Numbered from the stretch's first letter, positions 12,311-27,935 are shown. The stretch: 64,000 nucleotides of DNA from the human T2T-CHM13v2.0 reference genome, Homo sapiens (GCF_009914755.1 NC_060933.1), one strand, 5' to 3'. The notes: generated from the sequence alone by a model not told the origin. Made by a program: numbers and translations.

Positions 12311-12929
12311 TTTTGAAATAGAGAAAAACAAAGTAAATAATATTAATTACATGTACACTCACCCACCACAATAAACCAAAAGTTGAAAACAAGCTACTCC
12401 ACATAAATTAAAAGCCCTCTCCAATATGGAAGACTTCTCTTAAATTTCATTCACCAACTCCTGCAATATCTTTTCCAGAGCCTGGTGATCTGCTGAGTTT
12501 TCCCTTATGCAGGACCTACTTCTTTACAGATTTCTGAGCCAGACATTTCTGGCTTGGTATTTAATACCTTTCATACTCTCCTTCTATATTTGCATTCTGC
12601 CTGTCTGGTCAAAATGGCAGAGCTTTTCACAAACCACTGCAGTGACTAAAGTCACCTTTCTCAGGTCCTCATCTTCTCCCAAAATAGTGAGAAACAGCAG
12701 TGTATAAACTGCTTTCCTCTTCCTGCCGCCTGAAGGACCCTGCAGTCTCCCTCACATGGCCTGTGGGGGAGGTAAGCAATAATTGTTCACATGTGCTTTT
12801 GTTTAAGGGAACTGGGCTGAACTGTGCCTAAGAAAAATGACGCAGATCTTAATTTTTTTTTTTTTTTTTTTTTTTTTTTGGTGTACAAAAATCCCATTAT
12901 CTCTAAACCACAGGAACCAGAGCCACATC

Positions 12930-13160
12930 TGGCAAGGGAAATAAAGCTGGAGATGTAAGGAAAGAACAGATTAGGAGAAGCCTTGAAAACAGGCAGCTGA
13001 GTTTAGATTTGAAATGGTGGGAAATAAAAATCCCTTAAGGGTTTCTGAGCATGGGAGTGATGTGATGAAAACAGTGATTAAAGAAGATGAAATACAAGCA
13101 GGACAAATTGAAGGGAGGGACTAGAGTCTGAGAAGAAGCAGTGATCTAGGCTCAGGGGAA
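12930..13160 (-). mobile_element. L2 fragment
   Basis: aagggtttctgagcatgggagtgatgtgatgaaa. Confidence 0.5.
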
Positions 13161-14440
13161 GTGGAGAAGGCGAGGGTATTTATTAGAAAAGGGGTCCAGG
13201 ATCCTATACAAATTAATTAACATATGCCCACCCCTAATTCACTTTACTACCAAGTTGCTACCCCATCTTTTGGTGGGGTTTTTTTTTTTAATGCTTTTCC
13301 TATATTGGGAAGGCAAAAATAAACCCAGGAGGAAGCAAATATTTTCATTAAAATGATAATAAAATGTCATCCCTATGAATATAAAGGTTTAACCGAGTAC
13401 CCTGCTGAGCAAATGAGCTTTATCATAAGCATGTGGAACAGTGTGCTGGGCTGAAATGGATTTCAGAAAAATTTATATTAGAGCCTTATTCACAGAATTA
13501 AACAAACACAATGAAAACAAAGTAGTTTTTTAAAGCAGCTTCCTGCCATGAAGGCAATACGACGGCACAGAAATGGCTGCCCTCAAAGGGGCAACTCCAG
13601 CCCGAGGGCGCACCTAACTCCTTGCCTTCAAGGATGCCAAAAGCATCCCATCCAAGCCAGGTTCTACGTGGCAGGAAGAGAACATTGACACTCAGATAAA
13701 CAAACACTGTTTGCCTAGCCCCTACTCACGAAACTTTATACCATAAGCCATCTTTAATTCTGGCTGCAATTTTAAATGGTCCAGAGACTTAAAAATTACT
13801 TCCATTTGTTTAGATCTGGAAAGAGCCTTGGAAGACATCTAAACCCACCATTTAAGAATACTTTTAAGCTACACAACCCTTTTGCCAATTCAATCTAATG
13901 GATACAGAATGGATCAATATTAAAATGGAGCTCCTTGGGTAGGGACTGTGGTAAAAGACCCAGAACTCCATCTACTCATTCTCTCCCGTTCCCTGTGTCT
14001 ACCTCTACCCCACAACTTACCCACACTGTGGCAGACCCCCATAACTCTCCCCAGGGCTGCAGAGAAAGGACCCTACAAAATACGGAAGGGTCTACTACCT
14101 TTTGTGTGTGTGGTTTCTTGTGACAGATAAAAAATTGAAACCCAGAACGTTTAACACAGGACTTCCATTTCCAGCAAACTAAATAACCTGGAAAGCCTCC
14201 TTCTAGAAATACATGGAATGCTAGCTAAATACAAATATCCATTTAAATTCATAAAATGAACTCACGTAGACAAACTTATCAGTTTGAAAATGGGAACAAC
14301 CTATGATCCAGCAGGTCCATGTCTATGTATGTATCCCAGAACTGTTCTTCAACTTGTCAGTGAAGATGCATCACTGGGTCATAAAACCCTTTCCTAAATT
14401 AAAATGGTGTATGAAATAGTCCAGGTTAAACTGAATTAGA

Positions 14441-14758
<318 letters not shown>

Positions 14759-15090
14759 GGCCAGGAGCAGTGGCTCACACCTGTAATCCCAACACTTTGG
14801 GAAGCCAAGGTGGGCGGATCACTTATGGTCAGGAGTTCAAGACCAACCTGGCCAACATGGTGAAACCCTGTCTCTACTAAAAATACAAAAATCAGCCGGG
14901 CATGGTGGCATGTGTCTGTAATCCCAGCTACTCAGGAGGCTGAGGTAGGAGAATGGTTTGAACCTGAGAGGCAGAGGTTGCAGTCAGCTGAGATCGCACC
15001 ACAGCATTCTAGCCTGGGCGACAGAGCAAGACTCTGTCTCAAAATAAAATAAAATAAAATAAAATAAAATAAAATAAAATAAAATAAATA
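14759..15090 (+). mobile_element. AluSx-like with (AAAAT)n tail, in tandem after the AluJ
   Basis: Full dimeric Alu; pentanucleotide tail 15041-15090. Confidence 0.9.
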
Positions 15091-15119
15091 GAATTAGAAT
15101 TAAGTAGAAAATAAAGATA

Positions 15120-15720
15120 AATATTATTCTGAGAAACTTTTGTTCCATATATGCATACATGTACATAAATGTAGCACATGTATGTGCTGGGTTTCCATGT
15201 AGCTGTGTGGACAAAACATTTTGAAAAATGCTATTGTAGAGAAGCTTTTGTATGTTAGGAGAAGGAAATGTACAAGAACACTCACTGAAGCATTGTTTAT
15301 AATTGTGTAAAATTAAAAGCAATCTAAGTGTTCATCAACAGAAGAACAGATAAATATATAGTGGTCTGTTCATGAAACAAAGCAGTTCAAATGAATGAAC
15401 TAGAGCTAAATCGTTGAGATCTTATGCTAAATTAGATAACAAACAAATGGTAGAATATGTGTGGTGTGCTTCCATTTATTTTAATTTTAAAAAAATGCAA
15501 AATGACAGTACATATTGTGGAAAGGTGCATGTGCATGCAGAAAAGGTCTGAAAGCATGTACCTGCAAGATAGTGTTTATCTCTGGATGGAAGAAAGGGAA
15601 ATGGGATTAAGAAGTCTGCAAAGAACTTCAACTATGTCTGAATCAAACCCATCAAAATGTTAGGATTGCCTCAGACTGGGTGTTGGGACACAGAGTTTTG
15701 TTATTTCATTCTATTTTTTT
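15120..15720 (+). mobile_element. L1ME-like 3' fragment
   Basis: ctgaagcattgtttataattgtg...aatctaagtgttcatcaacagaagaa...atgaatgaactagagcta. Confidence 0.55.
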
Positions 15721-15810
15721 GTTGATTAACTTCCTATGTCACCTGTGTCCATGAACTACGTGAGTTCATTTTATGCATTTGCACATTTAATGTCTTTTAA
15801 AATCACTCAC

Positions 15811-15916
15811 CTAGGGCCAAAAAGCTGATTCGCAGAGTATTCTAGACTAAACCGAGGGTGGGATCCTAAGTGATTCGCAGTCTAGTCTTCTTTCCACATG
15901 GCTGCCAGTTCATGAT
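15811..15916 (-). ncRNA. Candidate 106-nt exon (minus strand)
   Basis: Acceptor cctttcatttgcaaacag and donor tag|gtgagt in non-repeat sequence. Confidence 0.2.
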
Positions 15917-16736
15917 CTGTTTGCAAATGAAAGGATTTGCATCATTTGGTCCTAATCTTAGTAATTTATTTTTACCTGAGAGATGATGCTCCCCACAGTC
16001 CACCAAGGCCACATCTGCTCTGGCAAGGAAGTGCACAAAGCACATTTGCTTTGTGAAGGCTGAGCTGTTACTTCACAGCTTGTCACTTGGCTCTGTTTCC
16101 CAACTTCACTTGTGCATTGCAACAAAATGCTAAGCCACTAAAAGGTCAGTAGAGAGATGATCTAAACATGCAAAAAATATCAGCAGAGACAGAGAGAAAC
16201 ACAAAAGGGAGGGAAGGGAGAAAAAACAGCTTTGAATGGGAAAATACACAAACATAAAAAGCAATCAAATTAAAATCAGAATATTACTGAGAAACCACAA
16301 AATAAGCATCAGGTGTATTTTAAATGATGGGAGTAACTTGAAAGAGTAGCATTTTTATAGCCTTGGATCACAGATACACAAACTAACAGAAGGAAGTTCG
16401 TTAACGTTTGTTTTCGTCTATCTGAAGACAAAAACAAAAAGACAAATGATACCTTGGCAACAACTGGAGAATCATAACAGAGAGATTTATGGTGCTTTGG
16501 AAAAGTTCAGGGCAATGTTTTTTATCATTGGCTCCTTTACACTCTTCAAGTTATATAAAAGGCTCTTCTGTTCCTTCTTTCAGACTAAATAAATACATAA
16601 TCATAACTTCCAGCTCAGCTTTAGCTTTTCAGGTGGGTGAGTTAAAGCCTTCTGCTTTGTTGAGGGGGGTGGGGGCAGAGGGGTGATACTGGCAGAAAAT
16701 GAAGATAACCCTTGTTGTATAAGGTCCGAGCAATCA

Positions 16737-18130
<1,394 letters not shown>

Positions 18131-18319
18131 GGTTTTGTGTTCGGGGTGTAGGAAAACCAAACCCAGGATTTCTAAATGGCAGGTTGGGTACTTCTAGGCA
18201 ACCTTACTCTTCTAAGTGGAACAATCACGTTCCTCACATCCCATCACTCACACAAGAAATCTAACATCTATTATAATTATAGTGGTTCCAATGGCCAGCA
18301 AGTTCAAGTGTTAGAGAAA

Positions 18320-18490
18320 AGAAAACTGGATTGTCTACCAGAGGTGAGTGGATATCCCATTTCACAGGCAACCTGTTAGATGTTGGGGTGGTAGCATTCT
18401 GACACTTTTGCTCTGGGTTAAGCCAGACATACAAGGAATGCAGGACATTGTGACCTTTGAGGGATCTTCTAGCCCTGTGATCTCATGTGA
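18320..18490 (+). mobile_element. L3/CR1 3' end
   Basis: tgacctttgagggatcttctagccctgtgatctcatgtga resembles the CR1/MIR3 terminus. Confidence 0.45.
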
Positions 18491-19089
18491 CTGCTTCACT
18501 GATAAGTATCACTTGAAACTGATGTCAGGTATGACCAGCCCAGGGCCCTTGCAGGCTTCCTGCCTCTCTGCAGGGTCTCTACACAGGGGACTCTCAAGCA
18601 CTAGACAATGTCAACAGGGGCAGTCATAACTTGAGGGGGCAACTGGAGCGTGGTCCTGTAGCATTTGTGTGCTAGCTGAATGCTCTCCCAGTCCCTCCAG
18701 AGCAGGGCTGACCCCATTCCAAGGGAAGCTAGTCTCCTGGAGAGTGTAGGAGCTGCAGCTGAGAATGATGGATCCATTCTCAAAGGGAAAGAACACGAGG
18801 GAATTGGTCACTCTGTTCAGAGAGTCCACTACATAGACCACCCCCAGTGGTCTCACCCCCTGGGCTCTGCCAGCCTCAAGCAGGTGGCGGGACAGTTCAC
18901 CTATGCAACATGAAGCCCAGTTAGCAGCCCGGAGATTCATCATGATGCCAGTAGGCTGAGTTGCTGGCACATTACCATGAGATGAGCATGGGTAGCCTCC
19001 CCAGGCCCTGTGCAGTGGGAACCCACTAACAGTTCATTCTCGGTCTCCAGCAGGCCATGCTCATTTCTGCCTTGGCCGTTCCCTCCTGA

Positions 19090-19410
19090 AATATTTGGTC
19101 CTCAGCCTTGCACAGCTGGCTCCCTTCTGCAACTCAAGTTTCATTTCAAATATCACTTTCTTAGGCCTTCCATGGTCACAGCCTCCCCAACCCTCTATCA
19201 CACACCCTGTTTTGTTTTTCTTATAGACCTTTTCAATTTCTGAAGTGATCCCATTCGTTTTTCGTGTTTATTTTCTATTTTCTCTTTTAGAATGTGAGCT
19301 CAGTTAGAACCAAGACCCTCTCTGTCTTCACCAATCAATCCTCAGCACCTAGAAAAATGTCAAGCAGATAATGCAGAGTCAATAAATATCAGTAGAATTA
19401 GTTAGTTAAT
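19090..19410 (+). mobile_element. L2 3' end
   Basis: ttagaatgtgagctc...cctcagcacctagaaaaatgtc...tcaataaatat. Confidence 0.6.
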
Positions 19411-19629
19411 TCTATCTAGGACAGGTGTGCAGTGGCATGAACAGGGTTTCTCTCTATGCTCTAAAGCAGTGGTGAGATTTCAAGACTCCAGGGTGGCTTG
19501 GTAGATACTTTTGAATATCTAACCGTTGTAGGTGCCATCCCCTGTTCTTCTATCCCATTAAAGATCTGAGAATCATTCTCTGAGCCATAGGAGTTGGCTC
19601 CTGGCACCCGTTTTTACTATATAATTTTC

Positions 19630-20260
19630 TCACTTAGGAATGTTTTTGGTTGCAGGTAAAGGCAACAATAACAACAACCTATTAAAGTACACTGTGATGT
19701 CAACAAATAGGTTTTCATTTTTCTCAAATAAGAACAAATCAGGAGGGATGCTGTCCAGTGTCAGTGCAGCAATTCAACCATACAGAGACCTTGGCTCTTT
19801 CTCCTTTGCACCCTCTATTCTTAGCACACAGCTTTCCTCTCATACTTGTCACATCATGGTTACAAGATGGCTGCTGAATCACCAGGCATCATGCCTGCAT
19901 TCCAGAGAAGGAGAAAAGCAGAAGGAGACAGAGCCATGCTTGGTAAATCTGTTGTTCCTTTTTATAGGAAAGACAAAAGCTTTCCCAGAATCATATCCAA
20001 CTAACTTCTATTTATAACTGCTACATTAGAATTGGGTCACAATGCCACTGTCAACCAATTACTGACAAAGAAAAATGGGATTACTATGACTGGTTTAGAC
20101 TATCACAATTCATCCTCTGGGACTGCAGTGGGAATTTATCTTCCCTGAGATCAAGCTGTTGTCACACTCTTCTGAACAAATTGGGATTCTAACAGAAAAA
20201 ATGAGAGAGACATGGCCATTAGCTATGCTATAGCTAAATGAACTAGAGTGGGGATTTGAC
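19630..20260 (-). mobile_element. Old MaLR LTR (MLT1K/L-like)
   Basis: ttaggaatgtttttggttgcagg...atggttacaagatggctgctg...gaattgggtcacaatgccac. Confidence 0.55.
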
Positions 20261-21196
20261 CAATAATTGGGCCTATACAATTCTCTTTGCCAAGAATTAC
20301 AGCTGAGACACAGACACAGAGAAAAAGGCAGATCCCCTGCACCATTGTGTTTCTGAACTTTGAGATGTGGTTGCTTAAATTCTTTAAACTTTATCAGATG
20401 CTTAAGTATTTTACTACCCTAAAAGTGTCTTCTTTTCCCAAAGCAAGTTCAAGGTGGTTTCTGTTGTTTAAAACCAAAGGGTCTTTGTTATAGGAGCATC
20501 TAACTACAAACATTCTGTGTGGCCCAATCAGGCTGTGCTGCAGGGTTTATATAGGGTGTCAGGCAGTCATTCACACCTCCCTCAGGAACAGCAGGGTCCT
20601 TTGCACCAAACCTTCTCCTCCTGAGGTGACCGGAACATTGTAGACATTATGTCATCAGCCCGACAACATGCTCCTTTTCCCTTTCACCTTCAGACAGCAT
20701 TTGCTGAGGTCCCAAGTGAACAGAGAGGCCTTTGGACACTAAAGGCCTGTGTTGCACAGAGGGATGGAGGTTGTACAACAGCATCCACACTAACTAGTGG
20801 AGCGCTGGGACTGCTGAGATGTCACATCACAAGTCCATGATAAAGGCCAAAAACACACCGTACCTTGTGATCATTAGGCCAGTGCTCTATTTCTTTTCTA
20901 AACCACCTGATTATCTAGGTCAAACACAAATACATTCACACAGTCATCCACACCCCCTCACACAGTCATCCACACCCCCACAATGAGGAAAGACTGTAAT
21001 GTGAAAAGCCTGCCCAGCCCAGCTTAGGATTCCCTTCCTGCTAATAGCCACAAGGAATATTTTGGGGCCGATTATAAGGATTATCACTCACCTGTTCTAT
21101 AAGGATATCTCCATAGATCTCTTGCTCTGTCATCTCTGAACCTGATCTAAATTATTTGTTAATGTATATGTTTCCCTGACTTACGCAAATTTTAGA

Positions 21197-21476
21197 CAGG
21201 GTTTCTCAAAATGTGTTGCTTGCAACTTACGGGTTTTATATGAACAAATGGTTCTGTCAGATAACTTTTGGAAACTCCTGGTTAAAGAAAGTTAAATGGC
21301 TTTTTCATTGCCAGACATTGCAAAGCTGTCAATATGCTAACATGCGTGATGAATATCTAAGAAAGGGATGCAGTACGTGGCATTTTCCAAATTTGTCTAA
21401 TCACTTAATGAAAGTTTTTTTCTTGACATATATGAAAGGCTGATGATCTAAGAGGTGAGCATTGGGAGACACTGCT
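21197..21476. mobile_element. hAT-Charlie DNA transposon fossil
   Basis: cagggtttctcaaaatgtg...aatatgctaacatgc...gcattttccaaattt...ttgggagacactg; terminal inverted repeats cag...ctg. Confidence 0.55.
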
Positions 21477-22618
21477 GGTGGGGAGGAGTGCAGGGGTACA
21501 TCCTAAAACCTCCTACCTCTAAGTACCAAGAGACATATTCTGTGACTTGGTTTAGTAGGTAAGGCCCAAACTTAGGTGTTCCCTAGTAAATACTGCTAGA
21601 CAGTTAGAACTGCCACTTAGCACACAGCACCTGAGTCCTGCATTACACCTGCTATACTGGGCAGAAGAACATTGCTGTATGGGAGGAGTATACTGTGTTC
21701 TTGGACTAATCACGTTATTTCTCTCAGCATTAGGTTCCCCTCCTTGAAAATAAGCATTTTAGGCCATGTGAGAATGGGAAGAATGAAGTCATTATTGAAG
21801 AGTTTAATACCCTATTAGTTTTCTTCTGTTCCAACCTTTAATCCAAGCAATTTTGGTTGATGTGAGGGTGATAGGCCACATTGGCTTCAGTGACCTGACA
21901 TGAATTAAAAACTTATTTGTCTTGTCTAGACCCATTTTCCTGAAAAGACCACTTGGTACAACATAAAAATATCCTGCCTACCTACATGCAAACATATCCC
22001 TAAATATCCGGCACTGATTCCGTTGCCTCCTAAACTTTATATGCTTCAAGCATCCCTGAACTGACAACATGATTTCAGGAGAATTAAATGCCTGGATTGA
22101 CAATGGTTCTGCCAAAGCTTCATCTGTAGGACATCCAGAAAGAAAACCTCCTTTCCCTGGTAGGCTATTTTTCAGAGGTAGAGAAAGTCAAGTCAAAGAA
22201 GAGAATAACTGAGCAAACTCATTTATCATCACAATTTAATAATATAAACTGCAGTTCATAAAATAAGTCTGAGAGAATTTTGTGTCTAACTCTAAAAGTT
22301 CAACATTAACAGCCATGTGATCATAAAAAAAAATCATTGTTTATCTTTATCCCCAAGAGGAGTATGTTCAGGTTATATTAATAAGGATCATAACTTCTCT
22401 AAATTTACTTTGGCCTTATATTCCCCTAAATGGAATCATTTGAAGTGTCTGAGAAAAGTTCAGGTTTTAACCACATCCCTGTCTCTTAGTTCTGTGAAAG
22501 AGGGAATGGTCTCTGTAGCAACGGGAACAAGAATATTAAAAGGCACAGTAGTGTAATAGGAAAAAAATGAACAAGAGCATCAGAGGACCAAGATTCTAGT
22601 CAGTTTTCAGACAGTCGA

Positions 22619-23038
22619 TGTGCTTAGGGGTTGGACTGTGTCCACCAAACAATTCATATGTTGAAGTCCTAACCCTCAGTACCTCAGAATGTGATCTTTA
22701 GAAAAGAGGGTCTTTACAGGGGCAATCAAGTTAAAATAAGGTCATTAGAGTAAGCCCTAATCCAGTATGACTGGTGTCCTTATAAGAAGAGGAAATTTGA
22801 ATACAAACATGCAAAGAGGGAGGATAATGTGAAGAGACACAGGGAGAAGATGGCCATCTACAAGCCAAAGAGAGAGCTCTGGAACACATCCTTTCCTTAC
22901 AGCCATAGAAGGAACCAATCCTGCCAACCCTTTGACTTGTGGATGCTCCATCTCCAGAACTGTGAGACAGTAAAGTCCTGTTGTTTAAGCCACCCAGTTT
23001 GTGATACTTTGTTATGGCTACCCTGACAGATTAATACA
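22619..23038 (+). mobile_element. MLT1B-like MaLR LTR (within a MIR)
   Basis: catatgttgaagtcctaaccctcagtacctcagaatgtga...ccctaatccagtatgactggtgtccttataagaagagg...ttaataca. Confidence 0.85.
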
Positions 23039-24073
23039 GCTGTTTTCCTGGGTAAGTCTTTTAATATCTCAGGGTCTCAGTCTCCTCATCTATAGCATTA
23101 GGGGGTAGATGGCCTTTGAAATTGCTTTTATCTATAAAGGTTAGTGATCAATGATGCAGGTAGCCTCTCTCCAATTCTCTTGAGATGTACACAAGTACCA
23201 TCTTCTGAGACAAGCTTTCTGTCTTATCTATGGATCAACGGATTATAGATGGGTTGAAACCAGCTTTGATTATCCCATCTGGCCACCCTAATTTATAATT
23301 CAGTAATGACTTTAATAGGCAAAATAAGGAGGAAAGGAGGCTCGCAGTTACAAACTGTGAGCTACAAACTCACAGTTCATCTCTTTTCACAAGGAATTCA
23401 TCATCTGGAAAAACTTACTTCTAACAGATTCTAATGGAGGTATTAGGGTGGGGCTCAGGCAAAAAGATCAATAACAAATGTAAATTTTATGATGTTGTTC
23501 TCCATGGCGGAACCTCTGCCAAGCAAACAATAAAAGCACACACTTTGTGCTCTCTTCACAACCCATTTCTGGACTCTCTGTCACTCAAATGTTTATCATG
23601 AAAGAAAATGTGTTTCAGGCACAACTATTAAACTTCTGAGTGTTACTATCCTGTTCCATCTCAGCAATAAAACAGTTAATAACAAGGACTTTTTGCAACA
23701 TTTATCAACCTCTCATCCGCATGTATCATCTTGGTAAAATCCCAAACTATTAATGCTTCTTCAAAGCCTGGAATATAGTATTAATGTCAGAATCATAATG
23801 GGTAAGAGGAACATTTTGGCAACAGAAATTGTAATTCTAAATGCTGTAAAACAGAACTAATGTTCTAGCTCCCCTTCTCTGTACCTCATTGAATATATAC
23901 TTTCCTGCCAAAGGAAATAGGGAGATAAGCATCCTACTCTATAATAGAATTTTATCATTGCAAACCAGGGTCACCTTCTTAAGTAGCTGAACAGCTGGCT
24001 TAGCATCAAGTATACTAAAGCAAAACTCAACATACTTTGCAAACATATATCCACCATTTACATGGAAACTGCT

Positions 24074-24530
24074 TGTATCAGTCAGGATCCCAGTGAGACA
24101 GAACACTCATATTAGGATAATTCAAAGAAGGTTTATTTAATAAGGAACTTTTTACAAGGGTGTATTCAGGATGTAATAGAACCACAATGGTTTGCAGGCA
24201 AAAAGCAAAGATTAGAAGCTGAAGTGCTTACACCACCCTTATGCACAAGGAGACAAGAAGGAGTTGCCAGAATTGGGAAGAAGAAAGTCATGTTGAGAGG
24301 ACTACCTAGAAATGAGACACAGCCCAAGGTGGGCTCCCAAGGAGTGAGCCAGGTGAATCAATACCCTGATTTTACTTACCTCCCTCACTTCAGTTTCCTC
24401 CCAGGACACCCCGTTGTTCACACCCGATTACAGATGGAAAAAAGAGTGCCCATTAATGTGTTCCATGAGGGTCAGCCTCTAAAGACCAGAGTGAGTAGAT
24501 TTGGAGGGGGTGATTGGACAATATACAGCA
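24074..24530. mobile_element. Old ERVL-type LTR
   Basis: tgtatcagtcaggatcccag...ttaggataattcaaagaaggttt...gagccaggtgaatcaataccctga. Confidence 0.5.
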
Positions 24531-24626
24531 TAGTGCTAAATAACCCAACAGACTCACTGGGATACTATTTGTAAATTTCGAGAGTAGAAAGATGTCTACT
24601 CTTGTTCACCACTTTATTCCCAGCTA

Positions 24627-25760
24627 TGTCATCCCAATACCAACGAATTCTCTGATTCTCTTGTTACCAGTGGAATGTGTCCAGGTTCTGGGCATCTTGA
24701 ATGAAGAATTGGTCAAAATGCACAAAACAAGGAAGGAATGAAGGAATTTATTGAAAATGAAAGCACACTCCACAGAGTGGGAGTGGGCCTGAGCATAGGG
24801 GCTCAAAGGCCCCGTTACAGAATTTTCAGGAGTTTAAATACCCTCTAGATGATTCCATTGGTTACCTGGTGTACGCCCTACGTAAATGGAGAGGCTGAAG
24901 TAAAGTTACAGTCATTTACTCAGTGTACACCCTATGGAGAGGATATTTCCTGTGATAGCTGAAGTATGAATCGGCCTATGTCCCCTGCCTCTAGACCCTG
25001 TTTTCCTGCCTAACTCTGAAGCCAACTGGGTGGCAACAATTCAACTTGATTCAGACACTAGCTACCCAGAGTTAGCCTAGACCACACACAGTAAGGCTTC
25101 AGTTCCATAAGAAACCCTCACTTTAGATGCTAGCTGTACATGATGTCTCCAGGCTACCTGCACTTCTGCCCAGTCTACCACAAATTTGGGGGTTTCCACA
25201 ACCACTCCCCAGGTTCAGTGGTTTGCTAGAATGACCGACAGATTCAGAAAAGCTATCTACTTTCAATTACACTTATTATAAAGGACACAATTCAGGAACA
25301 TCCAAATGGAAGTGATGCATCGGGCAAGGTATGGGGCAGGGAGAGGACACAACTCTTCCATGCCCTTTCTGGGTAAGACACCCTCCCAATATGTCAATGT
25401 AGTCACCAAACAGGAGGCTCCCTTAGCCTTATTGCTTCAGTTTTTATGAAAGCATCATTACCACATAGACAGTATTTACTAAATCATTTCCCACTGCTGA
25501 TTGAACTCAATCTCCAGCCCGTCTACCCTCTCTGGAGGTGGGGAGGAAGGCAGTGCAGAGCTGACAATTCTAACCCTATAATCAGGTGGTTGGCTTCTCT
25601 GGTGACCAGCCCTTATCCTGAAGCTATCTAAGCATGGCCCTCTTTAGTCACCTCATTAGCATGCAAAAGACACTCTATCACTCAGGAATTTCCAAAGGTT
25701 TTAGGAGCTCTGTGCCAAAAACTGGGACGAAGACCAAATACATTTTTTTTCTCATGTTAC
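24627..25760. mobile_element. MER21-family LTR (nested in an L2 end, host to MER51)
   Basis: caattcaacttgattcagacact...ggtttgctagaatg...cacctcattagcatgcaaaagacactctatcactcaggaatttccaaaggttttaggagc. Confidence 0.75.
24662..25013 (-). mobile_element. MER51A/B solo LTR
   Basis: tgttaccagtgg...ggggctcaaaggccccgttacag...ttttcctgcctaa; 4-bp TSD ctct at 24658-24661 and 25014-25017. Confidence 0.85.
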
Positions 25761-27736
25761 AGCAACACATTGTACCACACAGGGCCTGGCCCATAACAGA
25801 CACTCAATATTTTCTCATGGATGATGCAGTCTTCAGTAGGGCCACTCTAGGGTTCTTTCTTCATTCTTTCCTGCCTTCTTTTCAAGGTATTAGTGCATCC
25901 GTTAAGCCTAAATTCTACATGGTTTTAAGATCCACGTCCCCCTCTAGCTGGATACCTTAAGAAGACAAACCTAAATGGCTCCCTGAACGTTAGGGCAATT
26001 CATACCTCTTGACATCCCAGGCATAGGTAGACTCAAAGTAAGATCTTTTAGAAATGGAATCTTAACTATTGATAGATTAGCTTCTTCGGTCTCTTCACAG
26101 TTTCATCTCTTCCATCATCAACCACCAGGCTCTTATGTCCTTAAAAAGAGGAGGAAGCTAAGGTTGGACATTTTCTGGGGGTGGTAGGATATTTTGTCCT
26201 AATGTCATATGTTGTACATCATGCCACCAAAAAGAATGTACATTCTGGATGGTTACACAATGATATGAGTTCCACCTTATTCTTCAAAAACTCCAAATGA
26301 TCAACATTTTACATATTATGGGGGGAAATTACATTTCTACCAGGAGAAAATGTGAAACCAGGAATGAGGAAAACAAAGGATGTAGCAAGGCTATTCTAAA
26401 TCAACTTGAGAAAATGAAAGTGAAAAATATAAACCCATTCAGGGCTAACATATCTTGAAAATATGATGTGAAATTTCGAGACTTAATTAGGGGTAAGGGG
26501 GAAGAGTGTTGAAGTTTTGTACCTATCAGCAGAGCAAGGTGTCACTCTGATGGACTGATAGGTTTCCCTATGGCTAGTAATGGCTTTCTAACATTAATAA
26601 AATGGGCAAAGCTCTATTACCAAACTCTGGGTTCTCTACCTGAAGAGTTATCCAATGGCTTGAATGGGTCCTTTAGGAGAACATTTTTAGCCCTGCTCAC
26701 ACACTCACAGCCAACCTTTCTGTGGAAGTGGGGTGCCTTTCAGCCTGAGCAAAAGTAGTAAATGGATTCCTGAATTTCTTCAGTTGAGTGTCCTCTCTGG
26801 GTAATGCACCCTTTGTGCATGAGACACTTGCTTTGATCAGTAAGCACACATATCATCACTTCAGGCACTGATCAAAAAAATGCAGCCAAGAATAGACTGT
26901 GATATACAGCTTGCAAAAGTTTGCTAGAGACTCTTGATACTGGGAAAAATTGCCTAAGGCCATTGTTCTAAAGCCAGTTGATCATCCTGGTTATTTAGAA
27001 CAATAACCAAGTAGGGAAGGATAGACAGGTAGGTCATTGAAAGGAAAGACAGCAAGAGAGAATGGAGTGAATATCTAGGCCCCACTCAAAGTTGTACTTA
27101 ATCAAAATTTCTAAAAAGAGGGACTTTTAAAAGTCGCAGCCTTTCCGCCTCCCTCCAATCATACAGCAGTGAAAGGTAAATCAATTATCCTTTGCATATC
27201 TCTAAACTATACTTATCTGGATTGGGTACATTAAAATAACATGGAGAATCTTTTCCAAATATTCTGAACCTCTTCTCTTCCCTTCGTCCTACCTCTTCTT
27301 CAGTTGAGATCCACTGAGCACTACTTCTCTATTACACTCAGCTACTAAAAAGAAATATATTTGGGTCACATATCTTAATTCCCTGCTGACATACTTTAAT
27401 GGAATTAATATTTAACAACACACACTTGACTTAGATCAGAAATGCCTTACAGGAGTTACCTATTTGAATTTTACGTTGTTACATCTTCTGGAAAATCATA
27501 GTTTCAATCATCTGACACGTTATCCCATGTCCATTACATAAACCCTTCACAAAAATTCCATATCAGAAGAGAGGTGGTCCCCCCAGCAGAACATGTCAGT
27601 TCCTTTCTAACAGACAATGATAATGAGATAATGCAAAGCATTGCCCCAGTGTCTCAGCTGCTAGGAAACAAGCCTTTTTTTTAAAGAAATAACTGCACAT
27701 ATTGATAAGAATCCTTTGAAATGGAGCCTTGTAAGA

Positions 27737-27935
27737 CAATGTTGTCCAATAGAACTTCCTGTGATGATAGAAATGTCCTACACCCATACTGTCCAATTCA
27801 GTAGCCAGTAGTCACATGGCTAGTGATCACTTAAAATGTGACTAGTGCAACTGAAGAATAAATTTTACATTTTATTTAATGTCAACTAATTTAAACAGCA
27901 GCGTGTGGCTAGTAGCTACATTGAACAGCATGACT
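27737..27935. mobile_element. MER3 hAT-Charlie MITE
   Basis: tgtccaatagaacttcctgtgatgatagaaatgtcc...gtggctagtagctac. Confidence 0.8.

Noticed and set aside
26832-26876. 10-bp inverted repeat tttgatcagt/actgatcaaa with a 25-nt spacer
   Set aside because: Short, partly self-palindromic (tgatca) and plausible by chance in a window this size.
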